In this document: positions 15,935-26,455 of the stretch, piece by piece
Position numbering within the stretch: position 1 is the stretch's first letter
Layout: each line of letters opens with the position of its first letter
Source: a virus
Lineage: Duplodnaviria; Caudoviricetes
Length of the DNA stretch: 64,000 nucleotides
IMG/VR virus record: IMGVR_UViG_3300003523_000075
Coordinates: 4,581-68,580 of that record
Direction: 5' to 3' (one strand)
Position numbers and translations under genes: made by a program
The notes under the pieces: generated by a model
Databases searched by the model: none
Told to the model about the DNA's origin: nothing
What the model saw: the letters and a program-made list of their open reading frames with translations, nothing else

Positions 15935-17391
15935 ACATAATTTCTGTAAATGTAGCAAATAATAAAGACAGAGCTAGTATTGCAGGCTTTACGGATGATC
16001 AAAGTAAGGCTTATTCTGAACTTATTGAGTTTATGAATAAGCCTTATGATGAGAAAGATTATAAAAGAGCTTTAAATGGTCCTGCTGGTACTGGTAAAAC
16101 CTATTTAGTAAGAGCTTTAATTAAAAATTGTAATTATTCTCATTCTGTAATAGGTCTTGCAGCACCAACACATAAAGCTTGTCGTGTTTTAACTGAAAGT
16201 ATTGGATTACCTAATATTAAAGCTACAACTATTGCATCTGATTTAGGTTTAAGACCTAATTATGAAGCAGCTAACTTTGATGTAGATAATCCTCCTTTTG
16301 ATCCACGTGGTAAAATAAAAATTGATAAGTATCAAATATATATTTGTGATGAAGGTTCAATGATTAATAAGAGTATGTTTGGACTATTAGAAAAGAAGTG
16401 TAAACAAGCTCATGTTAAGATAATTTATATAGGTGATGCTTATCAACTCCCGCCCGTAAACGAAAAGTATTCTCCAGCCTTTAAAGGAGTTAAAACTTAT
16501 AGACTAACTCAAATTGTAAGACAAGATGATGATAATCCTATAAGAGAGTTATTAGAGTTACTCCGATATGACATCGAACACAACTCTTTTAAATTTCTTG
16601 AATTTATATCGAGAAATAAGAGTAAGTTTGATGAAGGTTTTACTAAAGGTTATCAAGTATGTAATCTTAAAGAATTTGGAGATCATATTCGTACTTATTT
16701 TAGTGATCCTCAATTAACACAAAATGTAGACTTTTGTAAAGTAATTGGATATACTAATATGTGTGTATCTAGTTGGAATAAGTTTATCAGAGAAAATACT
16801 ATTCAAGATGCTGAAAAGTCTGTTATAACTAAACATGACTTAATTATCAGTTATACTACATTAGTAGATGCTTTTGGAGGAACTATAATTATTAATTCTG
16901 AAGATTATATAATAAAAGAAATAGTTAATTATACTCATCCAGATTATAATCTTAAAGGTTTTCTTGTTAAATTTATTCAAATATTTGGTGGACAAGTTAC
17001 ACAACCGTTATTTATATTAGACCATAGAGATATGGAAACTATGAAACAATATGTTACTATATCTAATCAAATGATAAATATTGCAAAGACTTGTCCTGCT
17101 AAATTTAGAGCTGAAAAATGGCGTCAATATTATGAATTTAAAGAAAGTTGTCTTTTACTTATAGATATTTATAATTCTAGTGGTTATAAATTATATAGTA
17201 GAAGTGCTGACTATGGATTTGCATTAACAGCTCATAAATCACAAGGTTCTACTTTTGATACTACTTTTGTTGATGTGCAAGATATAGTTTATAACAAATA
17301 TGGTCAAATAAGACCTGATGTTGAAGATATTAATCGAAGACTATATGTTGCATGTTCTAGATGTAGAAATAAATTATATTTAAAATTTTAA
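15931..17391 (+). CDS. Dda/RecD2-like superfamily 1 DNA helicase
   Basis: GPAGTGKT, AAPTHKA, DEGSM, GDAYQLPPV, LTQIVRQ, ALTAHKSQGST and LYVACSR motifs. Confidence 0.93.
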   Translation: MNIISVNVANNKDRASIAGFTDDQSKAYSELIEFMNKPYDEKDYKRALNGPAGTGKTYLVRALIKNCNYSHSVIGLAAPTHKACRVLTESIGLPNIKATTIASDLGLRPNYEAANFDVDNPPFDPRGKIKIDKYQIYICDEGSMINKSMFGLLEKKCKQAHVKIIYIGDAYQLPPVNEKYSPAFKGVKTYRLTQIVRQDDDNPIRELLELLRYDIEHNSFKFLEFISRNKSKFDEGFTKGYQVCNLKEFGDHIRTYFSDPQLTQNVDFCKVIGYTNMCVSSWNKFIRENTIQDAEKSVITKHDLIISYTTLVDAFGGTIIINSEDYIIKEIVNYTHPDYNLKGFLVKFIQIFGGQVTQPLFILDHRDMETMKQYVTISNQMINIAKTCPAKFRAEKWRQYYEFKESCLLLIDIYNSSGYKLYSRSADYGFALTAHKSQGSTFDTTFVDVQDIVYNKYGQIRPDVEDINRRLYVACSRCRNKLYLKF

Positions 17392-17395
17392 ACTT

Positions 17396-17557
17396 ATGCA
17401 AGATAAAATTCTTAAATGGTGTAAAGATCTTTCTGCTCATCAAGGTTTTTATGGTAGACTTTATAAGTATCTTGTAGAAAATCCAGATGAACTTGAAGAA
17501 TTAGCAAAACAAAATTTTAAAGATTGTATCGAGTTTATAATGTTTGTTGAATCTTAA
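17396..17557 (+). CDS. 53-aa hypothetical protein
   Basis: MQDKILKWCKDLSAHQGFYGRLYKYLVENPDELEELAKQNFKDCIEFIMFVES*, fills the gap between genes. Confidence 0.65.
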   Translation: MQDKILKWCKDLSAHQGFYGRLYKYLVENPDELEELAKQNFKDCIEFIMFVES

Positions 17558-17566
17558 ATAAATAAT

Positions 17567-17791
17567 ATGGCTAAAATAAATAAAGATAAATATTATATTA
17601 TTCAAGGTAAAGATGATTATCGACCTTACATATATAAAGGTACAACACCACCAGAATTTTCTAACTATGGTGGTAAACAAGTATGTGTTTCATCACAAGG
17701 TTGTGTGCTTGTTGGAGGTTTTAATGATGGACTTATTAAACCTGGTGAGTGTAAACAATTAATTATATATACGAAAGATATAAAACAATAA
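17567..17791 (+). CDS. Hypothetical protein
   Basis: 74-aa ORF in an operon-like array. Confidence 0.65.
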   Translation: MAKINKDKYYIIQGKDDYRPYIYKGTTPPEFSNYGGKQVCVSSQGCVLVGGFNDGLIKPGECKQLIIYTKDIKQ

Positions 17792-17793
17792 CT

Positions 17794-18123
17794 ATGAGAA
17801 ATAAACATAATCTTAAAAAACTTCGTATAACTAATGAGAAGTTTACTATAACTTCTCTTAAAGTTAAATGTATTATTACATGGTTTAATCCTATTACTGG
17901 TTTAGAACAACATTCAACTGGAGTGTCTAAACGAAATCCTGAAGATAAATATGATCAAGATAAAGGTAAACATTTAGCTGAATCTCGTGCTAAATATGCT
18001 ATGTATAAAAGATATATAGCAATGTTACATGATGAAACTGCTAAAGCTGTTATTAAGACAGAAAATCTTGCTATTCATGAAAATCTTCATATTAAAAACA
18101 TTATTAACGATATAAAAGATTAA
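17794..18123 (+). CDS. Hypothetical phage protein
   Basis: 109 aa with a G.SK.NPED.YD...GK.LAESRA motif of the kind seen in small phage proteins. Confidence 0.7.
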   Translation: MRNKHNLKKLRITNEKFTITSLKVKCIITWFNPITGLEQHSTGVSKRNPEDKYDQDKGKHLAESRAKYAMYKRYIAMLHDETAKAVIKTENLAIHENLHIKNIINDIKD

Positions 18124-18129
18124 CTAATT

Positions 18130-18375
18130 ATGAGTAAGTTTTATAATAATTATATTAAAGAAAAATACGGTGAAAACGCTGATGTTATGCTTCCTAATTT
18201 TCAACGTATAGAAAATCGTTATAAGGAAATACATAGGCAAAATCTTAATCAAGCACGTATGATATGTAGTGGTAAACATACTGGTAGTAAGAAATTTCAT
18301 CAAGTACATTATTGTATGATGAAAGCTATTCGTGTTGTTAAGAATTTCTATGAAGTTTATGGTAGAAAGCAATAG
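18130..18375 (+). CDS. Hypothetical protein
   Basis: 81-aa ORF. Confidence 0.65.
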   Translation: MSKFYNNYIKEKYGENADVMLPNFQRIENRYKEIHRQNLNQARMICSGKHTGSKKFHQVHYCMMKAIRVVKNFYEVYGRKQ

Positions 18376-18922
18376 TATTTGCGATACTTGTGCTTTACGG
18401 CTATATAATACTAAGTCTTATAATCTACAAGGTGTTGGCAATCCTTACTTTGGTAATTGTATTGTTGTACCTAATGTAGATTATAAGGCTTATAAAGCTG
18501 GTGCTATGAGTTTTAGCGAACAAGTTAAACTGATTGAGCAATCTATCATTTCTTCTACAGGGGGGTTATTAGAAACTACATATATAGTTCCTCTTATTCG
18601 TTGTAATGAAGCTATTAGTTGTAAAATTGATGATGCTACATTTAACAAATGCTTAACTTATTTTATACAAGATTTGAAAATCTTTAATTTTAAGCATATT
18701 TTGCTTTTAGGTACAGCAGCCCAGCGACTACTTAAAATGTCAATAGAGCAGGCAAAAAACTATGTGTATCGCAGTCCTAATAATCGGTTTTACTCTGTGA
18801 ATTATTCACCGCTGATTAAATATGTAAATGATAAACTATATGAAGATTTTGTAGATAATCTTAATATTTGGTATAATTCTGCAATGAGTAATGAATATAA
18901 TAAAACAATAAAACAAATATAA
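18359..18922 (+). CDS. Uracil-DNA glycosylase superfamily (family 4-like) protein
   Basis: CxxCxL (CDTCAL), GVGNP, IVPLIRC, a further Cys, ILLLGTAA and YSP, consistent with a UDG-4/SPO1-type Fe-S domain. Located upstream of the polymerase gene. Confidence 0.65.
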   Translation: MVESNSICDTCALRLYNTKSYNLQGVGNPYFGNCIVVPNVDYKAYKAGAMSFSEQVKLIEQSIISSTGGLLETTYIVPLIRCNEAISCKIDDATFNKCLTYFIQDLKIFNFKHILLLGTAAQRLLKMSIEQAKNYVYRSPNNRFYSVNYSPLIKYVNDKLYEDFVDNLNIWYNSAMSNEYNKTIKQI

Positions 18923-18939
18923 ATTAAACTAATAAAGTT

Positions 18940-19446
18940 ATGAATAAAATACCTATAATGGAAGAAGATAAACTACATATAGAGTGGTTTAAAGAAGCTG
19001 GAAAATGTAATTCTTTATATAAACTTGGTAAACTAGCTTATAAACTTTTTTATAAGTATCGTCATGATTATGGCACAGTATGTCATGCGATATCTGCTTT
19101 TGCACTTGCTGCTGCTTGGTATGGTGCTAAAAAAGAAGGTATAACTGGTTTTCAAGCAGGTTTTGTTATGTGGGATTTTATAAAACAATGGGAATTTGGA
19201 GATAACAAATGTGGACTTAAAATAACAAATTATGATGACTTGTTATATCCTCAATATGAATATAGATTTGATAAAATAATAACACCTGAACGTTGGAAAT
19301 CTATACAAGAAGAAGCTAAACGTAGATTAGATAATAATAGTGAAGAAAAACAAGGATATACAGCACACCCTGACGTAGCAGCTCATTGGCAATCTATTGT
19401 TGATGGCAAACTACCATTTGGTTTTAAAATTAAAGAAGATTTTTAA
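18940..19446 (+). CDS. Hypothetical protein
   Basis: 168-aa ORF. Confidence 0.8.
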   Translation: MNKIPIMEEDKLHIEWFKEAGKCNSLYKLGKLAYKLFYKYRHDYGTVCHAISAFALAAAWYGAKKEGITGFQAGFVMWDFIKQWEFGDNKCGLKITNYDDLLYPQYEYRFDKIITPERWKSIQEEAKRRLDNNSEEKQGYTAHPDVAAHWQSIVDGKLPFGFKIKEDF

Positions 19447-19448
19447 TT

Positions 19449-19598
19449 ATGGTTTTTGAAATATATTGTAGTAAGTTATATAAATCTTTTGCCATACTTC
19501 CTAGAATAGATATTGATTGGTTTGGTATAGGTGTCGGTATACGTTTTACTTGGTTGATGTGGTATGTAACTATTAGAAAAGTAAATATAAAGTTATGA
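19449..19598 (+). CDS. 49-aa hypothetical protein
   Basis: MVFEIYCSKLYKSFAILPRIDIDWFGIGVGIRFTWLMWYVTIRKVNIKL*, ATGA-coupled to the next ORF. Confidence 0.5.
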   Translation: MVFEIYCSKLYKSFAILPRIDIDWFGIGVGIRFTWLMWYVTIRKVNIKL

Positions 19599-19735
19599 CA
19601 ATTGAACTGTTTTGTAATAAATGTAATAAATTACACAAACTTAGAGTTATTAAACTTTTTAGTAATTTTAAAAACAAAAAGTATTGTGTTTTTTGTAAAC
19701 ATAAATTAAAATTTTATTATTTAAAACAAGATTAA
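19595..19735 (+). CDS. 46-aa zinc-ribbon micro-protein
   Basis: MTIELFCNKCNKLHKLRVIKLFSNFKNKKYCVFCKHKLKFYYLKQD*, two CxxC pairs. Confidence 0.55.
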   Translation: MTIELFCNKCNKLHKLRVIKLFSNFKNKKYCVFCKHKLKFYYLKQD

Positions 19736-19742
19736 TAAAGTT

Positions 19743-22058
19743 ATGATAGTAAGTAAAGCAATGGATGTTGAATGTTTCCATAATTTATTTAGTATAATAT
19801 TTGTGGATTTACAACATTATTTTAAAGTATTTGCAGATTGTGTTGATGACAAAGGCAAACCTATTGCTTTAACTGAAAAACTATCTGTAAAAGAAATAAA
19901 AGAAAGATTAGAAACTGTTAAATGTGATACATTTTATATTTCTGATACAGATGATTCTCAAATGCTTGAGCTTGTTAGTTATATAAATTCTATGCAAGCT
20001 CATTACATAACAAAAGTAGATGATAAAGATTGTGTACATCAAATACCTGTAAGAACTGATTTATATGGTTTTAATAATTTAGGCTATGATGATTTAATGA
20101 TTAGAACATTTCTTATGTATTTTAATCATTATACACGAACTAAAGATCTGCTTGAAAAACTAAAAGAAATAAATGATAAAATTATATCTCTTCAGTCTGA
20201 TAAATCTTTATTCTATGAAGATAAAGAATTAGAACTAATTAGAAAATATAGACTTCCTTATGCTACTGTAGATTTACAACAAGTTTATGGTTTAAATTCT
20301 GCTGGTGTTAATGTTGATAAAGATACTGGAGAAAAAAAGAAATATCCTAAGTCTTTAAAACAAACTAGTATTAATCTTAAATGGCATGAACTGTTAGATT
20401 TCACACTCCCCCCTATAGACGAAGAAGAGAATAATCTTTATTATAAAAAGAACATAGCTAAATATCATAATTATAATGTTGATCAAATTAATAAAATGAT
20501 AACTAATGATTTTGATAGATATGTTATGCCTCAATATGTTGAACCAATGTTACATTATAATAGAAATGATGTATTTCTTGTATGTGAAATGGCTAGACAG
20601 AAACCTGATGAAATAAAACTTAGATATAGTATTAGTAATGCTTTTGGTATAAATGTATTATCTTCAGCTAGAGCTAATATTGCAGATAAGTTAATGACTA
20701 AACTTTATTCTGATTATAGTGGATTACATAAAAGTAAGTTTGAAAAATTAAGAACTGAAAGAAAAAGAATGAACTTTGATAAAGTTATATTTCCACATAT
20801 TCAGTTTAAAACTAAACAACTTCAAGATTTACTTGAAGATATGAAAAAAGTATATGTATATCATACAAATAAAGATGCATTTAGTAGAACTGTTGAATTT
20901 TATGGTACTACATATACTTTAGCAACTGGTGGTATTCATACTGCTGATCCTCCTAGAGTTTGTAGGTCTGATGAAAATTATATAATTCTTCATCATGATT
21001 ATACAAGCTATTATCCTTATATTATGTGGCGTTATCATATTGCACCTGCTCATTTAAACGAACCTGCATTTAATAAACTTTTAGGTTATTTAATTCAAAC
21101 TCGTGTAAAATGTAAACACACTAAAGATTCAGAAGGATATGTAATAGATAATGTTCCTAATAAAGTAGCTGCTGAAGCATTAAAGATTGTTATTAACTCT
21201 ATATATGGTAAATTAGGTAGTGATTTGTTTTTCTTATTTGATAACTTAGCTAAACTTAAAGTTACTATTAATGGACAATTAATGACAATGACTCTTGCTG
21301 AAGAACTTGAACTTAATGGTATACATGTACTTTCTGCAAATACAGATGGTATTATTATAAAGATTCCAAGAGATAAATTTGATTTGTATAAAGAAATAAC
21401 TACTAGATGGAATGAATTTAATAAAATGGGTGCTGATTATGAAGAATATGAAGTACTTACTGAAAGAGATGTTAACAATTATTTCGATGTACAAGTTGAT
21501 GGCACTGTAGAATTTAAAGGTGCAATGGATCCTAAACAATATCTTAAAGATTTGAAGAAAGGATATGATATGCCTATTGTTGCACAAGCTGTCTATAATT
21601 ATTTTAGATTTAGTAAGCCTGTAATGCAAACTTTACAAGAGAGTAAAGATGTTTTAGACTTTTGTAAAACTCAAAATGTTGGTAGACAATTTAATGTTGT
21701 TTATAATGTTGTTGAGAATGGTGAAATTAAAACTATCGAAAGTCAAAGACATGTAAGGTATTATGTATCTAATCATGGTGTTTATTTATTTAAACGTCAT
21801 AAAGAAGATTATGGTATTAAAGTTTCTCTTGTTAAAGAACAAGTCAAGTTAATTAATTCTTTAGATGATAAAGATATTTCTTTAAGAGATATAAATTACA
21901 AATATTATCATGATGAATGTTACAAAATTATTGATCCTATTATGCTAGGTATATCAAGTAGTCAAAAAGGTAACAAACAAAATAAAACTATGAGTGGTAA
22001 ATCTCTTATTAAGAAGTATTCTCAACAATATAAAACTTTATTTGATTTTGACGACTAA
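19743..22058 (+). CDS. polB: DNA polymerase family B
   Basis: ExoI DVE, ExoII FNNLGYD and ExoIII YNRND. Polymerase motifs DYTSYYP, KIVINSIYGKLG and ANTDG. Confidence 0.95.
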   Translation: MIVSKAMDVECFHNLFSIIFVDLQHYFKVFADCVDDKGKPIALTEKLSVKEIKERLETVKCDTFYISDTDDSQMLELVSYINSMQAHYITKVDDKDCVHQIPVRTDLYGFNNLGYDDLMIRTFLMYFNHYTRTKDLLEKLKEINDKIISLQSDKSLFYEDKELELIRKYRLPYATVDLQQVYGLNSAGVNVDKDTGEKKKYPKSLKQTSINLKWHELLDFTLPPIDEEENNLYYKKNIAKYHNYNVDQINKMITNDFDRYVMPQYVEPMLHYNRNDVFLVCEMARQKPDEIKLRYSISNAFGINVLSSARANIADKLMTKLYSDYSGLHKSKFEKLRTERKRMNFDKVIFPHIQFKTKQLQDLLEDMKKVYVYHTNKDAFSRTVEFYGTTYTLATGGIHTADPPRVCRSDENYIILHHDYTSYYPYIMWRYHIAPAHLNEPAFNKLLGYLIQTRVKCKHTKDSEGYVIDNVPNKVAAEALKIVINSIYGKLGSDLFFLFDNLAKLKVTINGQLMTMTLAEELELNGIHVLSANTDGIIIKIPRDKFDLYKEITTRWNEFNKMGADYEEYEVLTERDVNNYFDVQVDGTVEFKGAMDPKQYLKDLKKGYDMPIVAQAVYNYFRFSKPVMQTLQESKDVLDFCKTQNVGRQFNVVYNVVENGEIKTIESQRHVRYYVSNHGVYLFKRHKEDYGIKVSLVKEQVKLINSLDDKDISLRDINYKYYHDECYKIIDPIMLGISSSQKGNKQNKTMSGKSLIKKYSQQYKTLFDFDD

Positions 22059-22063
22059 GTTAT

Positions 22064-23482
22064 ATGGATGTAAACGATATTTTTGAAAGTGCTATACAAC
22101 ATTGGCGTGAAAATAAAGGAAAAGGTACAGCATTTATTCCTTCTAGTCTAGATGCTAAATGGCTACTATATGATGTACTACAAAGATTTTATGCAAAATC
22201 TACTGGTACTACTCTTATAATTGTACCTAACTTTAACGTAAGAACTGAAATTGTTGAATATTTAACACATCAAGATAGTGAAGAAAATAATGCAGAATTT
22301 AAAAAACTATTAGATGATAAATGTATAAAAGTTTTTACTCATGATTTTGTTGAACATGAATTAAACTTTGTGTATCATACTGTTAGTATTCTGTATAAAT
22401 GTGATACATTAGGTGAGAATGTGTTTAAAATATTTAATTCTGGTAATTTTAAACTTGCAATACTTGATAGACTTTTTCCTAATTATGATGATGTTAAAAA
22501 GTTATATGATGTTGCACATTTATTGCCAGATTTTAAACAAAATGAAGTTGACGCTATTCGCTTAAGCACCCCCGTAGAAGAAATAGTATGTGGAATAGAT
22601 TTACCTGAAGATAGTGAAGATAAGAAACTTCTAAATTATTATAATGAGTATATAAATGCTTCAATGAATATATTTGGAAGTTTTGATAGAATGAATGCAG
22701 CTCGTTCAGGTGATCCTGCTACACATCTTTCTTCTGCTCAAATATGTTATCAAATAGCTTATGAAAATGGTTGGAGTCCTACTCTTGATATGACTGCTAG
22801 CTTTAATATATCTTTGGATAATACTTATAATCCTAATAAGATACTTGATAGAGCTACAGAAACATTTGAAATGATTAGGAAACGAACTAGACTTCTAAGT
22901 GATAACAATGTTAAATTAGAAAAAATATTAGAAATTGTAAAAGAACATAAAGATGAGAAAATTTTAATTATTAGTAAACGTGGAGAGTTTGCAAGTAAAA
23001 TAACAGATTATCTTAACAATATATCTGAAAAAATAATATGTGGTAATTATCATGATAAAGCTGAACCAATGTTGGCATCAGATGTTTATGGTAATCCTAT
23101 TTATATTAAATCTGGACCACATAAAGGTGAAAGAAGGACTTATGCAGCACAAGCACAAAAAAGTATGAGTCAAATTTCATTCAATAATGATATTATTAAT
23201 GTTATTTCTACTAGTAATACTCCTGATAAAAGTTTAAACATAGAGGTAGATGTTGTGATAATAACTTCGCCAATATGTGAAACTATAGAAAGTTATATGT
23301 ATCGTCTAAATAATGTGTTTTTCAGGAACTCCAAATTGCGTCTATATACCTTATATATTATGCAATCTCTTGAAGAAACAAAGTTACTAAATAGACCAGC
23401 TACAGCCACACATACTATAATCAATGAGGAACAAAATATTTCAATAAAAGAAAATAATTTTGATTTTGTTGTTGTAGATTAA
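22064..23482 (+). CDS. SF2/SNF2 helicase-like protein, probably catalytically degenerate
   Basis: AIQHW...GKGT start, LIIVP, KILIISKR and DVVIITSP resemble an SF2 scaffold, but there is no intact GxGKT or DExH. Confidence 0.55.
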   Translation: MDVNDIFESAIQHWRENKGKGTAFIPSSLDAKWLLYDVLQRFYAKSTGTTLIIVPNFNVRTEIVEYLTHQDSEENNAEFKKLLDDKCIKVFTHDFVEHELNFVYHTVSILYKCDTLGENVFKIFNSGNFKLAILDRLFPNYDDVKKLYDVAHLLPDFKQNEVDAIRLSTPVEEIVCGIDLPEDSEDKKLLNYYNEYINASMNIFGSFDRMNAARSGDPATHLSSAQICYQIAYENGWSPTLDMTASFNISLDNTYNPNKILDRATETFEMIRKRTRLLSDNNVKLEKILEIVKEHKDEKILIISKRGEFASKITDYLNNISEKIICGNYHDKAEPMLASDVYGNPIYIKSGPHKGERRTYAAQAQKSMSQISFNNDIINVISTSNTPDKSLNIEVDVVIITSPICETIESYMYRLNNVFFRNSKLRLYTLYIMQSLEETKLLNRPATATHTIINEEQNISIKENNFDFVVVD

Positions 23483-23501
23483 AAAAATGGTTGTATCTTT
23501 G
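23472..23501 (+). promoter_or_regulatory. Bacteroidota-type promoter (-33 TTG / -7 TATCTTTG)
   Basis: TTG at 23472-23474, 19-nt spacer, TATCTTTG at 23494-23501. Confidence 0.75.
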
Positions 23502-23539
23502 CAATGAAAATTAAAACAAACTTATAGACCTTTGAAATA

Positions 23540-24451
23540 ATGGATAAAGAAGATGTAACTAAAGCTGATGCTACAAATGATAGTAAAGCTTTACAAGTTA
23601 AGCAGTCTGATGTTAATGCTGGTTTAAAGGTTTTTAATCTACTTGATGAAAATCAACTAGCAGCCGCAGAAATCTTTATTAAAAAGATTATTGCTAGTGA
23701 TAAAAGTGGTATTAAAAGCATTCCAGAAGGACTTGCAGTTCTTATGAGAGCTCAAGATTTAAATCTTCCTTTTTCTTCATGTATTGAACATATACACGTT
23801 ATTAATGGAAAAACTGGTGTTGATGTTCACATTGTTAAATCGTTATTATCGAGGGCAGGAGTAACTTGGGAATGCACTAAAGATTATACTCCTCAGTATC
23901 AATATACTGACGGTAATACGATTTATAAAGAAACACAACTTCCTCAATATTGTGTTAAATGTCGTACTGCTAAAGAAGCTGAGGAAAAGACAAATGATGA
24001 AGTAATAGGTGTATATCCTCTCAGATATTATCAAGATCTTAAAGGAAATGTATTTAATGAATTTGAGATTAGTGATAAATGTGCAATAGCTATTAATAAA
24101 GTGCAAGCTATGGCATTTGCTAAAGAAGGTAAATATCCTATTGTTCGTATTCCTGCTCAACCTATTGATTTTGTTACTGAATATGAATTTACCAGATATT
24201 TTATGATAAATGGTAAAGAAAGAACTAGAAAATGTAAAAGTCATTTCAGTTATACTGAAGCTGCACAAGCAGAACTTTTATCAAAAGATAATTATACTAA
24301 ATATACTCGTCTTATGATTGATGTTAGAGCTTTTACTTTAGGTGCTAGAGATATTGCAGATGATGTTATCATGGGTGTTATGGAAACAAGTGAAATCAAA
24401 ATCATAGAAGATGTACCTATTGTAGATACAGATTTTGAAGAAGTTAATTAA
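23540..24451 (+). CDS. RecT/Red-beta-like ssDNA annealing protein (putative)
   Basis: AQDLNLP...IHVINGK...LL and MI..RAF...ARD..DVIMG pattern, with an acidic tail. Located in the replication module. Confidence 0.6.
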   Translation: MDKEDVTKADATNDSKALQVKQSDVNAGLKVFNLLDENQLAAAEIFIKKIIASDKSGIKSIPEGLAVLMRAQDLNLPFSSCIEHIHVINGKTGVDVHIVKSLLSRAGVTWECTKDYTPQYQYTDGNTIYKETQLPQYCVKCRTAKEAEEKTNDEVIGVYPLRYYQDLKGNVFNEFEISDKCAIAINKVQAMAFAKEGKYPIVRIPAQPIDFVTEYEFTRYFMINGKERTRKCKSHFSYTEAAQAELLSKDNYTKYTRLMIDVRAFTLGARDIADDVIMGVMETSEIKIIEDVPIVDTDFEEVN

Positions 24452-24539
24452 TTAAACAAAATGTTAAACCTTTAATTGAAAGTTGTATTACACAACATAT
24501 TTTTAATTCACTTATTTTATAAATTTAAATCCTACAAAA

Positions 24540-25367
24540 ATGGAAAAATTAAACAAACTTAGTTTCAGTGCTGGCTTCAGTGCCATGCAGAATGGTCAAA
24601 AGAGTTCAACTGTTAATGCAGAACCTCGTCTTATCGCAGCTTCTACTCTTGGTAAATTCACTATTACTGCTCCCGTTAGTAAAATGCTCAATATTGCAGT
24701 TGGTGAGAATGTTCTTTTCTTAGATAACCGTAGTCAGATTGAAGAGGCTATTCAGCAACGTCTTCCTGAGTATGTTGCTTATGCTGAAGAGAACAATATT
24801 GATCTCGATACTCCTGCTGGTGTTGATGAGATGATTCGTCGCCTTCGTGCTTTTGCTATTACTAAAGGTGTCAAGATGTTTGACAATAAAGGTAATGCAG
24901 TTATGGCTTCTGCTCGTCTTACTAAAGACGATAAAGAGAAGTACATTGCTGAACATGCTGATGAAATTCTCGAAGCTAATCGTGATGCTCTTGTTAAGCT
25001 CGTTGGTGATGATAATGCTACTGATGAAGAGCTTAAAGCTGCTATCAGTGTTGATATGATTGAAGGTGAGAAGTATCATGCTTCTAATGGTAGTAAGACC
25101 ATGACTACTGGTATGGCTACTGGTGTTGGTTGTCAGTTGAACTTTACTGATACTGCTATTTGGAATCTTCTTAAGAGTGATTTAGGCGATGATAAAGATA
25201 AGAAGAATCGTATCTTTGATGTCGTATTCCGTGATGAGGAAGGTAAATCAGCTATGATTAATGCTCAAGTTAGCAATGGTAAAGAAATGGTTGATGTTAT
25301 TGCTTATCCTATTGTTTTCAAAGAAGACGTTGATCCCGTTGTTCGTGAACGTAAGAATGAAGAATAA
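24540..25367 (+). CDS. Conserved, probably abundant, replication-module protein
   Basis: 275 aa with strong codon bias (CGT, CTT, GCT), followed by its own terminator. Confidence 0.8.
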   Translation: MEKLNKLSFSAGFSAMQNGQKSSTVNAEPRLIAASTLGKFTITAPVSKMLNIAVGENVLFLDNRSQIEEAIQQRLPEYVAYAEENNIDLDTPAGVDEMIRRLRAFAITKGVKMFDNKGNAVMASARLTKDDKEKYIAEHADEILEANRDALVKLVGDDNATDEELKAAISVDMIEGEKYHASNGSKTMTTGMATGVGCQLNFTDTAIWNLLKSDLGDDKDKKNRIFDVVFRDEEGKSAMINAQVSNGKEMVDVIAYPIVFKEDVDPVVRERKNEE

Positions 25368-25383
25368 GTGATTATTTGAAAAG

Positions 25384-25422
25384 TTGGAGTAGGTGTTTAA
25401 TTACATCTACTCCAATTTTTTT
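25384..25422 (+). terminator. Intrinsic terminator
   Basis: 13-bp stem ttggagtaggtgt/acatctactccaa followed by T7. Confidence 0.85.
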
Positions 25423-25456
25423 GTCTATTGTTTAACTAAATAAACTTAATTAAGTT

Positions 25457-26374
25457 ATGGCAGAAGAAAAAACTAATGTAGGCACTGCAGAACCTACAAA
25501 GAAAATGCGTAGAGGTGTAAGTAATGAAACTCAGGCTGTTACTCAGATGAAGTTTCATGAAAAAGATGCTGCACAAAATAATCTTTTTGTTGGTCATCTT
25601 GAAGAAGTAAAAGTTGATTGGAGTGTTGCTGGTGAAAACACTTCATTTGTAGGACTTAAGATGCCTCGTCTTACTTTACATTTTGGTAGTAATCATGCTG
25701 ATAAGAATGTAATGCGTCATGTTTATCATACTTTATTTCCTATTGAGAGTAATGTTGATACTATACCTGGTGGTAATAATACTTGGCGTGTTGACAATGT
25801 AATGAAATGGATTAAACATATCCTTGATATTTTCTATCTTAAAGGTCGTCAACTTACAGAGAAAGAAGAAGATGCTCTTGCACTTGATTTCTGTGATTTT
25901 GATGAACAAGGTCAATATGTTCCTACTGATCCTCAAGTAGTTCTTAATGCTTATGCTAACATGTTCAATAATGCAGTAGCTATGCTTGAAGGTAAGTTTG
26001 ATACGCTTGCTGAAGGTGAAACTCCAAGATGTTATTACAAAGATGCAAATGGTAAACCTATTGCTATTTGGATGAAACTTCTTAGAGCTACTAGAACTAA
26101 GAAAGGTTGGACTAATATTATGCCTAATGGTGATCTTGGTTTCAGTACTTTCGTTGGTAATGGTGCTATCGAAATTATGAAATCTAATACTCCTCCTCAG
26201 ATTCTTCGTTTTGAAGAGTTTAAAGAGAGTATAACTCCTAAGGAAACTAAGAAAGAACCTACTCTTCCTGGTATCAATCCTATGGGTGGTATTCAGATGC
26301 CCGCAATGGGTGGTGGAATTGGTGTAGATAATACTGCATTCAATGAAGCTGCTATGGGAGATATGCCGTTCTAA
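25457..26374 (+). CDS. Single-stranded DNA-binding protein (putative)
   Basis: 305 aa with a flexible Gly/Pro/Met-rich tail ending GDMPF (SSB-type C-terminal tip). Directly upstream of the primase. Confidence 0.55.
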   Translation: MAEEKTNVGTAEPTKKMRRGVSNETQAVTQMKFHEKDAAQNNLFVGHLEEVKVDWSVAGENTSFVGLKMPRLTLHFGSNHADKNVMRHVYHTLFPIESNVDTIPGGNNTWRVDNVMKWIKHILDIFYLKGRQLTEKEEDALALDFCDFDEQGQYVPTDPQVVLNAYANMFNNAVAMLEGKFDTLAEGETPRCYYKDANGKPIAIWMKLLRATRTKKGWTNIMPNGDLGFSTFVGNGAIEIMKSNTPPQILRFEEFKESITPKETKKEPTLPGINPMGGIQMPAMGGGIGVDNTAFNEAAMGDMPF

Positions 26375-26402
26375 AATGGTATAATTGTTCGTAGTGTTAT
26401 AG

Positions 26403-26440
26403 AAGGGTATCGTGTTTAAGTATACGATACCCTTTCTATT
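26403..26440 (+). terminator. Intrinsic terminator
   Basis: 11-bp perfect stem aagggtatcgt/acgataccctt followed by tctatt. Confidence 0.7.
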
Positions 26441-26455
26441 ATTAATACATAAGAT

